Source: an uncultured Chroococcidiopsis sp. (GTDB taxonomy: Bacteria > Cyanobacteriota > Cyanobacteriia > Cyanobacteriales > Chroococcidiopsidaceae). From it: 48,436 nucleotides of DNA. Numbering within the stretch: the first letter of the stretch is position 1; the number at the start of each line of letters is the position of its first letter. Shown here piece after piece: positions 1 to 9,291 of this stretch. The stretch spans positions 1 to 48,436 of the forward strand of contig CAXTYC010000038.1 of assembly GCA_964248365.1 (NCBI GenBank). Reading direction: 5' to 3'. The position numbers and the translations under genes are program-made. Below the pieces are notes generated by a model. That model was not told the origin of the DNA, did no database searches, and worked only from the letters and a program-made list of their open reading frames with translations.

Positions 1-860
1 TTACTGCCTAAGCGACTTTTCAAACAGCCTCTAACCCTTAACCAAGAAGTATTGGATCGCACGGCACAATATTGGTTGCGGTCAAAATAGAGTACTCCTG
101 AGTCGTAGCGTCCGTAGTCGGAAGGGTTGTATAGAACTTTAAACATGAAGGGGATGTTGATGTCATTTAGCTGCCGTGTCAAGCTACCCATGACCGCAAC
201 TGCACCTTCAGGACTCAAATTAAAGTAGATCCGCACGACTTGGGAGTCACTATTTGAATCACTGTGCTTGTATAGCCCAGCGTTGCCGACAGCCATATAA
301 AATCCATTTTGGACGCGATTCTTAGGCAGTCGGATTGCAACTACGTCGCCAATAACGGCAGATCGATCTGCTTGTTGAAGATGGCGATCGCGATCGATGT
401 GCAAAGTAAGACCGCCTTTATTTACTGCCAAGCTGCCATCACTTTCCTCTCTTAGCACCAGCCAATCGGGATCAAAGTAACCTTCACCGCTATTACTTTC
501 GTGTATGCGCTCGTAAAATTCCAGATCTACACCGAGAAAGGTATTATTTTCTAGATTTTGGTGTAGAGCAAGGTCATCTGAATTCCCATCTGGTGCGAGG
601 GCAGATTGAAGGGAGCCATTGTAGTAGATCCCGTAAAGAAAACTCTTTAGCTGCAAACTCAGATACTTATGTTGCAGATCTGTTAGCAATTGTCCGAAGC
701 GTTCTACAGCCTCAACCGGAAGTTCTAAAGGTTTGTAATCTGGATGACGAATACAGAAGTTAGACTCGATTTTTAGCTGGTTAGCAATGTCTTGCAATGA
801 GGCACACAGCTTTTCGTCAGCATCTGGTAGTTGATTTTGTAGCGAATCGAGCAATTGCAT
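1..860 (-). pseudogene. HopA1-family (phosphoSer/Thr lyase-like) protein, absent from the ORF track; runs off the left edge and is probably disrupted near position 31-55
   Basis: Manual translation from ATG at 860: MQLLDSLQNQLPDADEKLCASLQDIANQLKIESNFCIRHPDYKPLELP...LKSFLYGIYYNGSL...GYFDPDWLV...RLPKNRVQNGFYMAVG...VRIYFNLSPEGA...FMFKVLYNPSDYGRYDSGVLYF. The frame stays open to position 3, but the last ~18 codons stop resembling the family and run into an IS-end-like sequence. Confidence 0.8.
15..34 (-). mobile_element. Probable terminal inverted repeat of an IS5-like element or MITE (TTA|GAGGCTGTTTGAAAAGT)
   Basis: Minus strand reads TTA-GAGGCTGTTTGAAAAGT, resembling IS5/IS1031-type ends (GAG terminus, TNA target). 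It lies where the HopA1 frame diverges, at the window edge. Confidence 0.45.
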
Positions 861-882
861 AATCTTCCTTGACTAAAACAAT

Positions 883-1995
883 TTAAGTGTGAGAATATAT
901 CCGGCGAGTAAGTTCTGATTCTTTCATGCCAAAAACAGTTTGAATTGATGCCTCTGGACGGCATAACAAGGTTTTGGCAACCTGGAGCATACAGATGCCT
1001 GTATTTTCAAAAGATTTTTGGTAGTGAAGCATTGATTGAATCGCTTGAATCAAACCCAAACCAGAAAATTGCATGACTCGCAGTAAAAAATCAGGGCGAC
1101 GCTCTAAAATCTCTGGGAAGTGAGCTAGATAATTGCAGGTTAAAGCAGCAAGCGTTGGTTGCAGTGATTCCAGGGGAGTCATGGCTAGACGCAAAGCTTC
1201 TTCAATAGCTGGATCGCCCCATGTGGAGCGTTCCCAATCAATTATTCTGAGTCGAATGATATTATCTCCCCTAGTTCCGATGTCGTGGGGGGTTTGCTCC
1301 CAATCAAGCGGTAGGAAAATATTATTTAATTTGAGGTCATTGTGTGCCATACAACAACCCTCGAAAGCACCTGATAGATCGGCGATCGCTTTTCCTAAGC
1401 TATCGAAGCGTTGATATAACGCAAAGAATTTGAGTCCATCATCAGGAACTTGACCAAACACTTCTGGGCTAATTCTTTCCAAACCTTCAGTCAACTTAGC
1501 AGCCTGGTCAATTGATGGGTCTGCTGAATTTTGTTCAAAGAAACCACGATAGTCCTGACGATCTAGTATTGCCCGATGAATATTTGCTAGTATGACTCCG
1601 ATTACTGATGCGATCGCACTTGGAAAAACGTTATTTTTCGCGTATAAATCCGCTAGATCTCGATGATCGGCTAGGTAATTTATGACAATAATAGAATTTT
1701 ATGCATCAAAATGTAAAACTTCCGGCAGCCAAGCGCGAATATAACTTAGTTCTGGAAATTTTTGTACGAACTCGTGAATTCTCCATTCTCTTAAGAACTC
1801 ACCAGCCGTTTTCCCGTCTCGATTGCAAGGCTCTTGCTTGACCAATAGTTGACGTTCTTGTGGTAAGCTCAATAACAAGTTAAAATTTTTGGCTCTTTTT
1901 AGCTCAATTTTGCCTAAATTCTGGTTTTCTTGAGTACAGATTTTCCGCTCGTTCAGGTACTCAAACACATTTTTAGAGCTTAATAAAAATGTCAT
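883..1995 (-). pseudogene. APH/phosphotransferase-family peptide kinase with one premature stop
   Basis: ORFs 1699..1995 and 883..1494 are in the same frame and joined by sense codons: LHFDA*NSIIVINYLADHRDLADLY...AKLTEGLE, with TAA at 1699-1701. Kinase motifs: LLVKQE, HNDLKLNNI, IIDWE. Confidence 0.85.
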
Positions 1996-2180
1996 GATTC
2001 GGCTTGGTATGCAACAGTTTATAATTAACGAAGCATCAATTGACTATTTTTCAGCTAACTCTAAATTTGGGATTTTCATCAAATAGTTATTTCAGCAAAT
2101 TTAAATTGTTCAACTAGATTTTATTTGCTTTTAAATAACATCGCTTTAAGAAAATACCAAATCCTGCCAGTCAGCAGGGG

Positions 2181-2417
2181 TTATTTTATTTTTATCTTAA
2201 GCTTCTTAACTTCTGTTACTACAGAAAATATTTGAATTGAGATACCTACACTTGCTGTTTCTTGACTAATAACAGAAACAACCACATCACCATCATCCTT
2301 TTTTCCGCCAAATACTATTGACGTTTCTCGCTCGTTTAATTCATCCAAAAAGCTTTCAGAATCTTGAAATAATTCAACTCCAGCCGGATGTAGCTCAGAA
2401 ATTTTAATGCTTGCCAT
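2181..2417 (-). CDS. Putative RiPP precursor peptide (38-aa double-Gly leader, 40-aa Ser/Thr-rich core)
   Basis: Leader MASIKISELHPAGVELFQDSESFLDELNERETSIVFGG; core KKDDGDVVVSVISQETASVGISIQIFSVVTEVKKLKIKIK; directly upstream of the kinase and HopA1 genes on the same strand. Confidence 0.8.
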   Translation of the reverse strand: MASIKISELHPAGVELFQDSESFLDELNERETSIVFGGKKDDGDVVVSVISQETASVGISIQIFSVVTEVKKLKIKIK

Positions 2418-2667
2418 TTAGTTTAATCCTCAAGTAGCTTATCTTTAGATTTATGCAAAAAATTGAAACAATTGCTATTTGATTCGAGTCTAAAACACCT
2501 CAATCCCCTTTGGTTCATATCTTTGCTGGGAATTGTCTTAGCTCTCTTTTATCATCTTTAATTAATAAACTTGATAAGTCAAGGTTTTAACACTGATTTT
2601 ATAGATGTAACTAAAGCAATTATGTCTTTACAATCAAGCAATTTTGTCTGGAAATTTAATAAAAATT

Positions 2668-2958
2668 TTATGTAATACAGAAACTAATTGAGGTATGTTC
2701 AAACCCCAATTGTGAATGACCATGCCATGTAGGTTCAGGTATTCTATATTTGAAGGTAATATTGGAAATCGTTTTCAAAGATGTTTCAACAATATCAAAT
2801 GTCTCTTCAATGCAATTGTCTTGAACAATAACGTGAATATCTATATCTGACCATTCATCTGTATACCCGCTGGCGGCTGAACCGCCTTGCCATAAAGCTA
2901 AAGCAAAATCTAAAGGCTCTAAGGTGGTTATGAGCTTTTCTAGAATTTTGTCTCTCAT
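2668..2958 (-). pseudogene. Pol-beta-like nucleotidyltransferase N-terminal domain, probably truncated
   Basis: GGSAASGYTDEWSDIDI motif (GS...DxD); only 96 aa, ending abruptly after WHGHSQ in AT-rich sequence. Confidence 0.55.
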
Positions 2959-2962
2959 ATTA

Positions 2963-3403
2963 CTATGAATTGGTTGGTTCTGGTGGTAAAATTAATATCA
3001 TTGCCAGATTCAAAATGTTTTCTTTGTTAACTATCTGTTCTAATTCATCTGGTTCATAACGACCTTCTTGCACCTCTAAAGAAGCTTTATTGATAGCGGC
3101 TGGATATGCTTCTTCTAGAGCTAGACGTAATTCTTCTGGTTGTAAATAAACTCCCCCAGCCCTTCGTCGTTTGTTCTTTTTTTGAATTTCCAAGACAGAA
3201 TTACGAATTGAAACTTCCCATGAGCGAGTTGTGCGATTCTCAGTTTGTTGCTTAATTAAATGCAGTAGCAGAATTACTGCAAAACTTGCGATCGCATTAA
3301 TTTTATCATCCCGACTCATCTCTTCTAATTCTTCAACAATTGCAATTGCTCCTTGAACATCTCCTTTCAAAAGTAATTCTTTCAAGGTGTATAATTCTTC
3401 CAT
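2963..3403 (-). CDS. DUF29-family protein
   Basis: EELEEMSRDDK...LLLHLIKQQ...RSWEVSIRN pattern typical of cyanobacterial DUF29. Confidence 0.75.
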   Translation of the reverse strand: MEELYTLKELLLKGDVQGAIAIVEELEEMSRDDKINAIASFAVILLLHLIKQQTENRTTRSWEVSIRNSVLEIQKKNKRRRAGGVYLQPEELRLALEEAYPAAINKASLEVQEGRYEPDELEQIVNKENILNLAMILILPPEPTNS

Positions 3404-3437
3404 AGCGATTCTCCAAGAGACGCGATCGCAAATGCAG

Positions 3438-4328
3438 TTATGGATTTGCTCTAAATGCTAAAATGTGTTGGGCGGTAATTTCTGGCTGTTCGAGGTGAGG
3501 AACATGACCACAATCTTGAATCCATATTAGCTTACTGTGAGCGATCGCATCTTTAAACTTATATGCATCCCCTGTTCCCAAAATCCGATCATCCTTACCC
3601 CACAAAATCAACGTAGGCTGTTGAATTTGAACAAGTTCCTTCTTAAAAGAAGAGTAGCCACCACTTTTAGTAAAAGCAATCAAAGCCTGATTCCAACCAG
3701 ACATTTCTAAGTGTAATGCTGCACACAATTGAGCATCAATAGAAGCAAGACTTTTGTTTTTATAAGCAGCACGACTGATACTATTACGGATGCGAGGATG
3801 ACGCAAAAACTCAGCAGCCAAATAATCCAGAGGAGGAAACATATATTTACTCATCATTGAACCAGCAGCCAAGCCAGCACTATCTATCAGCACTAACTTT
3901 TTAACAGCTTCAGGGTAAGAAAGAGTAAAATCAATTGCTGCTGCACCCCCCATAGATGCACCCACCAAAATCACTGGCTTTTGAATTAGTGTTTTCCAGA
4001 AATAATACAAATGAGTTTTAATTGCACTTGGACTAAAAGGTATCCCAGCAACTCTATTTGTAAAACCAAACCCCAACAAATCAACAGCCCAAGTTTCATT
4101 TTCGACAGCAAGCAACGGTAACAGCCGCCGAAATTCCAGAATAGAACTATCAAACCCATGTAGTAACAAAATGGGCGTTCCAGCACATCCTTGATGAACG
4201 AATGCAGTAGCGATATCTTGAGTACCCAGAGGAGTAGCGATCGCTTTAACTTCTATACATTGAGCTAAACTAACAGATGTAGACTCAGTTAATTGCTTAA
4301 CTATCTCCGGCAAAAAATCAGCAAACAT
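3438..4328 (-). CDS. Alpha/beta-fold hydrolase
   Basis: LLHGFD, DLLGFG, nucleophile GASMGG, WGKDD, GHVPHLE. Start moved to ATG 4328 because the upstream codons fall in a heptamer repeat. Confidence 0.9.
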   Translation of the reverse strand: MFADFLPEIVKQLTESTSVSLAQCIEVKAIATPLGTQDIATAFVHQGCAGTPILLLHGFDSSILEFRRLLPLLAVENETWAVDLLGFGFTNRVAGIPFSPSAIKTHLYYFWKTLIQKPVILVGASMGGAAAIDFTLSYPEAVKKLVLIDSAGLAAGSMMSKYMFPPLDYLAAEFLRHPRIRNSISRAAYKNKSLASIDAQLCAALHLEMSGWNQALIAFTKSGGYSSFKKELVQIQQPTLILWGKDDRILGTGDAYKFKDAIAHSKLIWIQDCGHVPHLEQPEITAQHILAFRANP

Positions 4329-4329
4329 A

Positions 4330-4378
4330 ATCAATTATCAATTATCAATTATCAATTATCAATTATCAATTATCAATT
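4330..4378. repeat. STRR heptamer tandem repeat (ATCAATT)x7
   Basis: Seven perfect copies; the same unit recurs at about 16038-16064. Confidence 0.95.
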
Positions 4379-4590
4379 TTAGTTGTAGGGTGTGTGATTA
4401 ACTTACTCAATCAAGTGAGACAATAACGCATCAGCTTAACACCACCTCAACGCCACACAGAAAAACTCTTATAAACTTTTGCGGCTTTGCGTCTTTGCGC
4501 GACAATAATCCAAAATCTTACCAGCATTGCGAAATTCCTTCTTTCGGGAGTCGCCACACCATCCAGACACAGCTATTGTAATGACATTGA

Positions 4591-5235
4591 ATGCAGCCGT
4601 TCAAGGAAACATCAATGCAAACCGACTCAGACACACAATCCAATTCCTCCAAGCCAGAAAAGCGAGAAAGAGTTGCTAATATTTTGCGCTTGGTGAGTTG
4701 GCTGAGCTTATGGATACAGCTTGCTTTTGGTGTAGCTGCTGTCTTAACGTTAGCATTTGCGACGACTGGACGTATATTTAATCAAGCAGTAACCCCTACA
4801 CCTGGAGTGGGAGTAGTCGATCAAGGAACAACGCCAGGACTAGGAATAGGTAATTTCTGGGCAGTTTGTGGAATTCTAACACTTTTAGTTGCTATTTATC
4901 TAGCTTTTCGTCAAACACGCTTTGCCCGACGTTTGCGTAATCCAGATTCGGCATTGCATCCCAAAAAAGCAGAGGTGCTGCAAGTGCTACGACTAGGGGT
5001 AATTGTCGGTTTAATCGGGATGTTACTCACCATTTTAGGAGGTGGGGCGACTCTGGGAGTGCTACTAGCAAAATCTATTACTCAACCTCAAGCACTGACA
5101 ACAGTTATCAATCCTGCTAGATTTATTAGACCGATTGATATATTTGTAGCCTTAGCGAATATGAATGGTATTACCGCTCACTTTGTTGGTACAGTTGCTT
5201 CTTTGGGATTATTTAACTGGTTACATAAAGAGTAG
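4591..5235 (+). CDS. DUF3611-family membrane protein
   Basis: Several hydrophobic helices; C-terminal IRPIDIFVALANMNGITAHFVG motif. Confidence 0.75.
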   Translation: MQPFKETSMQTDSDTQSNSSKPEKRERVANILRLVSWLSLWIQLAFGVAAVLTLAFATTGRIFNQAVTPTPGVGVVDQGTTPGLGIGNFWAVCGILTLLVAIYLAFRQTRFARRLRNPDSALHPKKAEVLQVLRLGVIVGLIGMLLTILGGGATLGVLLAKSITQPQALTTVINPARFIRPIDIFVALANMNGITAHFVGTVASLGLFNWLHKE

Positions 5236-5261
5236 TAAATAGAGCATTCCTACCTTTGAGC

Positions 5262-5470
5262 TTATGAGTGTTCCTCTCGCTCTCGGCGGAATTTTTCTAA
5301 CAACTGCGGAAAATGTTTCAAGTCATCAATTGACTGCGGTGCAGGGTATATTTCTGTAGGAGTGACCCATGAATGTCCATATAAACATGAAATGCCTCAT
5401 CATCGTCTCGATGTTCAAGTATATATTTTAATAATTCCTTCCGAGTCATTGCTTGAAAATCTGGTTTCAT
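5262..5470 (-). pseudogene. DUF6887-like small protein, frameshifted
   Basis: MKPDFQAMTRKELLKYILEHRDDDEAFHVYMD in one frame, continuing as PTEIYPAPQSIDDLKHFPQLLEKFRREREEHS* in another; 209 nt is not a multiple of 3. Confidence 0.6.
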
Positions 5471-5651
5471 TATACTAATCTCCACAACTTAAAAAAATTG
5501 ATAATTACCTGTGTTGAACTATCGTAAAATTCTCCCTCTTTTCTCTGCGTCCTTTGCGTCCTTTGCGGTTCGTAAAAAACGAGGAAATTGTACTCCAACC
5601 CTAAAACTGCTCTAACTGAAATTACTCCTCCCCACAGCCACAAAATCACGC

Positions 5652-6761
5652 CTAAAACGTCACCACACTACGAATAGACTCACCTTTATGCATCAAATCA
5701 AAAGCATCATTAATTCTTTCTAGTGGCATAGTATGAGTAATCAAATCATCAATATTGATCTTGCCTTCCATGTACCAATCTACAATTTTTGGCACATCTG
5801 TACGTCCTCTCGCACCACCAAAAGCCGAACCTTTCCAAACACGTCCAGTTACTAATTGAAAAGGACGAGTGGAAATTTCTTCACCCGCACCAGCCACACC
5901 AATAATTACACTTACACCCCAACCTTTATGACAGCATTCTAAAGCTTGTCGCATGATTTTAACATTACCAATGCATTCAAAAGAGTAGTCAGCGCCGCCT
6001 TTTGTTAAGTCAACTAGATAAGGAACTAAATCACCTTCAACTTCCTTGGGGTTGACAAAATGAGTCATGCCAAATTTTTCAGCTAGCGATCGCTTATTTG
6101 GGTTAATATCTACTCCGACAATCATATCAGCCCCCACCAGCCGCGCTCCTTGGATCACATTTAACCCAATTCCACCCAAACCAAAAACTACTACTTTCGC
6201 CCCAGGTTCTACTTTGGCAGTGTAGATCACAGCCCCGATACCCGTTGTCACACCACAGCCGATATAGCAAACCTTATCAAACGGGGCATCTTCACGGATT
6301 TTAGCCACAGCAATTTCCGGCAGTACGGTATAATTAGCAAAGGTGGATGTTCCCATGTAGTGGTGGAGCATCTGACCATCAAGGGAAAATCGACTACTAC
6401 CGTCAGGCATTACACCCCGCCCTTGAGTTGAACGGATAGCTTGACAGAGATTAGTTTTTCTGCTTAGGCAATATTCGCAGTTACGACATTCAGGAGTGTA
6501 GAGAGGAATTACGCGATCGCCTTCCTTTAAACTAGTAACACCAGAACCCACCTCAACAACTATGCCTGCACCCTCATGTCCTAAAATTGCAGGAAACAAA
6601 CCTTCAGGATCTTTACCAGAAAGAGTGTAAGCATCAGTATGACAAACCCCAGTCGCCTTAATCTCTACTAACACCTCCCCAGCTTTTGGTTCCTCAAGTT
6701 GAACTGTTTCTATCGTTAATGGTTTACCTGCGTCTATTGCAACTGCTGCGCGAACATCCAT
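5652..6761 (-). CDS. frmA: S-(hydroxymethyl)glutathione dehydrogenase / class III alcohol dehydrogenase
   Basis: [18 protein letters not shown], structural Zn cysteines CRNCEYC...[14 protein letters not shown]. Confidence 0.97.
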   Translation of the reverse strand: MDVRAAVAIDAGKPLTIETVQLEEPKAGEVLVEIKATGVCHTDAYTLSGKDPEGLFPAILGHEGAGIVVEVGSGVTSLKEGDRVIPLYTPECRNCEYCLSRKTNLCQAIRSTQGRGVMPDGSSRFSLDGQMLHHYMGTSTFANYTVLPEIAVAKIREDAPFDKVCYIGCGVTTGIGAVIYTAKVEPGAKVVVFGLGGIGLNVIQGARLVGADMIVGVDINPNKRSLAEKFGMTHFVNPKEVEGDLVPYLVDLTKGGADYSFECIGNVKIMRQALECCHKGWGVSVIIGVAGAGEEISTRPFQLVTGRVWKGSAFGGARGRTDVPKIVDWYMEGKINIDDLITHTMPLERINDAFDLMHKGESIRSVVTF

Positions 6762-6778
6762 GACAATGCTCCTATTGG

Positions 6779-7026
6779 TTTGTTATTAATTGTATGGTGG
6801 GCAAGGGTGGCAAACTATTTGTTATTAACCGTACACCGCCCATGCCCACCTTAGATAATTACGAATTACTGTAAAGTGGACAATTTGTTATTAACCGTAG
6901 GGTGGGCAACGCCCACCTTAGATAATTACGAATTAATGTAGAGTGGACAATTTCCACAAAATTTTCTCGTTAAAGTAGGTGGGCAATCCGAGGCTGTGGT
7001 GTAATACGGGGCTTCGCCCACCCTAC
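6779..7026. repeat. BIME-like cluster of REP palindromes (GTAGGGTGGGCA-n-GCCCACC) with a ~66-nt tandem duplication
   Basis: Near-duplicate units at about 6817-6882 and 6883-6953; REP copies at 6897-6917 and 6975-7026. Confidence 0.75.
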
Positions 7027-7056
7027 TTTCTACTCCCTACTCCCTACTCCCTCTTT

Positions 7057-9021
7057 ATGAGTATTTTCACACTGCAATCAGTTAAAAAAGACTTTGGAAT
7101 CAAAGAAATCCTTAAAGAAGCAAGCTTTAGTCTGGATGCTACAGATAAAGTTGGTTTAATTGGTACTAATGGTTCTGGCAAGTCTACCTTACTAAAAATG
7201 ATAGCTGGACTAGAACCAATTGACGGCGGTCAAATTTTAGTTAATTCGGGAGCCAGGATTGTCTACTTACCCCAACAACCTGAATTAGATGAGAACCACA
7301 CAGTTCTAGAGCAAGTATTTGCAGACGCTGGGGAACAAATGGCGTTGGTGCGTGAGTATGAAGAAATTTCAGCTAAACTAGCTCACGCGCACAATGATGA
7401 TTCAAAACAGCTTATGTCGCGCTTATCCGTTGTCATGCAACAGATGGAGTCTAGCGGCGCTTGGGAATTAGAGACAAATGCCAAAATTATTCTAACCAAG
7501 CTAGGAATTGAAGATTTCAACGCCCTAGTCGGTAGTCTATCCGGTGGCTACCGCAAGCGTATTGCCTTAGCAGCAGCATTATTATCAGAACCTGATGTAT
7601 TGCTGATGGATGAACCGACAAACCATTTAGATGCAATGTCTGTCGAGTGGTTACAGACTTACCTAAATCGCTACAAAGGTGCAATTGTGCTAATTACCCA
7701 CGATCGCTACTTTCTAGATCGTGTCACAAACCGTATCATCGAAATTGACCGAGGCGATATCTACACTTACTCAGGTAACTATTCTTATTATCTGGAGAAG
7801 AAAGCTGCTTCCGAAGAAAGTGAAATTACCTCACAGCGCAAACATCAAGGAGTGTTGCGGCGCGAGTTGGAATGGCTCAAACGAGGTCCCAAAGCTCGTA
7901 GCACTAAACAAAAAGCTCGCATAGAGCGCGTCCATGATATGCAAGCTAAGGAGTTTAAACAGATTCAGGGGAAAGTTGATATTTCTACTCCCAGCCGTCG
8001 AATTGGGAAAAAAGTAATTGAGTTAAAGAATGTTTCTAAAGCGTATGGCGATGGCTCCGCCGACGCTAAAAGCGTACGCACCCTGATTAAAGACTTCACC
8101 TACGAATTTAGTCCCCTCGATCGCGTTGGCATCATCGGTGGTAACGGTACAGGTAAAACCACCTTAATGGATATTATCACAGGGCGTATTCAACCCGATT
8201 CAGGCAGCGTTGAAATTGGCTCGACAATTCATATTGGTTATTTCGATCAACATTCTGATGAATTACTTGCAGCTTTGAACGAAAATCAACGGGCAATAGA
8301 CTACATCAAAGAAGAAGGAGAATTCGTCCAAATTGCCGACGGAACCAAAATTAGCGCTTCCCAAATGCTAGAGCGCTTTCTCTTTCCTGGCAATCAGCAA
8401 TATGCACCTATCCACAAACTTTCGGGGGGTGAAAAACGCCGCCTGTTTCTGCTGCGAGTACTGATGAGCGCTCCCAATGTGCTGATTCTAGACGAACCAA
8501 CCAACGATCTGGATGTCCAAACTTTAGCAGTTCTAGAGGAATATCTAGAAGATTTTAACGGCTGCGTGATTGTAGTCTCTCACGATCGCTACTTCCTCGA
8601 TCGCACCGTCGATAAAATCTTTGCCCTAGAAGAGGGGGGAAATCTGCGTCAATATCCTGGTAATTATTCAGTTTATCTCGATTACAAGCAAGCTCAGGAG
8701 ACAGAAGGACAACCCGACAAGGGGACAACCCGACAAGGAGACAACCCGACAAGGGAAATTTCACTAGCCACTAGCCTACCGGTTCCACCAGCCACTAAAA
8801 AGCGTAGGCTTTCTAATTGGGAAAAGCAGGAATTTGAGCAGTTGGAACACAAGATAGCGCAAATGGAAGTAGAGAAAGCCGAAGCAGAAAAAGCGCTTTA
8901 CTCAGCTTCTGCTGGTGCAGTGACACAAGTTAGTCAACTCTACGAACAAGTAAAATCTCTCCAGCAGCAGATTGATGCTGCAACTGAACGCTGGCTGGAA
9001 TTGGCAGAGATTGAATCTTAA
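7057..9021 (+). CDS. ABC-F family ATPase (Uup-like)
   Basis: Two ABC domains (GTNGSGKS/LSGG/DEPTNHLD and GGNGTGKT/LSGGE/DEPTNDLD), no TM segments, C-terminal coiled coil. ATG 7057 preferred because the upstream extension is REP/STRR sequence. Confidence 0.93.
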   Translation: MSIFTLQSVKKDFGIKEILKEASFSLDATDKVGLIGTNGSGKSTLLKMIAGLEPIDGGQILVNSGARIVYLPQQPELDENHTVLEQVFADAGEQMALVREYEEISAKLAHAHNDDSKQLMSRLSVVMQQMESSGAWELETNAKIILTKLGIEDFNALVGSLSGGYRKRIALAAALLSEPDVLLMDEPTNHLDAMSVEWLQTYLNRYKGAIVLITHDRYFLDRVTNRIIEIDRGDIYTYSGNYSYYLEKKAASEESEITSQRKHQGVLRRELEWLKRGPKARSTKQKARIERVHDMQAKEFKQIQGKVDISTPSRRIGKKVIELKNVSKAYGDGSADAKSVRTLIKDFTYEFSPLDRVGIIGGNGTGKTTLMDIITGRIQPDSGSVEIGSTIHIGYFDQHSDELLAALNENQRAIDYIKEEGEFVQIADGTKISASQMLERFLFPGNQQYAPIHKLSGGEKRRLFLLRVLMSAPNVLILDEPTNDLDVQTLAVLEEYLEDFNGCVIVVSHDRYFLDRTVDKIFALEEGGNLRQYPGNYSVYLDYKQAQETEGQPDKGTTRQGDNPTREISLATSLPVPPATKKRRLSNWEKQEFEQLEHKIAQMEVEKAEAEKALYSASAGAVTQVSQLYEQVKSLQQQIDAATERWLELAEIES

Positions 9022-9291
9022 CTGCTGACCAGGTAATTAAGAATTACGAATTACCACTTCAGAAATTACGAATTATGAATTATTCTATAGGTGTGAGGAT
9101 GTTGCCTTGAAAATAGCTAAATTATTATAAATTTTTGTTTCACAATCAGGTACTGTGCATATTAGACTTCTTACCGCATCGGTAAAAGGGTAAAAATTTT
9201 CCTCTTGCCCTTTACCCTACCTGTTGTAATACCTTTTGCAACAGGTCTAGGGGAGATAGATCAAGCTAAGGAGCACAACTAGTAGCTAGAT

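Noticed and set aside
2668..3403. DUF29 plus NTase as a HEPN-MNT toxin-antitoxin pair
   Set aside because: No RxxxxH motif in the DUF29 protein, and the NTase looks like a truncated longer enzyme.
6817..6953. Possible CRISPR array
   Set aside because: Only two near-identical ~66-nt units with no unique spacers and no cas genes; explained by REP duplication.
6979..7056. N-terminal extension of ABC-F in the ORF track
   Set aside because: Encoded by REP and (TACTCCC)n repeats; family similarity starts at ATG 7057.
9163..9250. Degenerate MITE upstream of the sensor kinase
   Set aside because: The ends (TAGACTTCTT / TTGCAACAGGTCTA) pair too weakly to support a call without a copy search.
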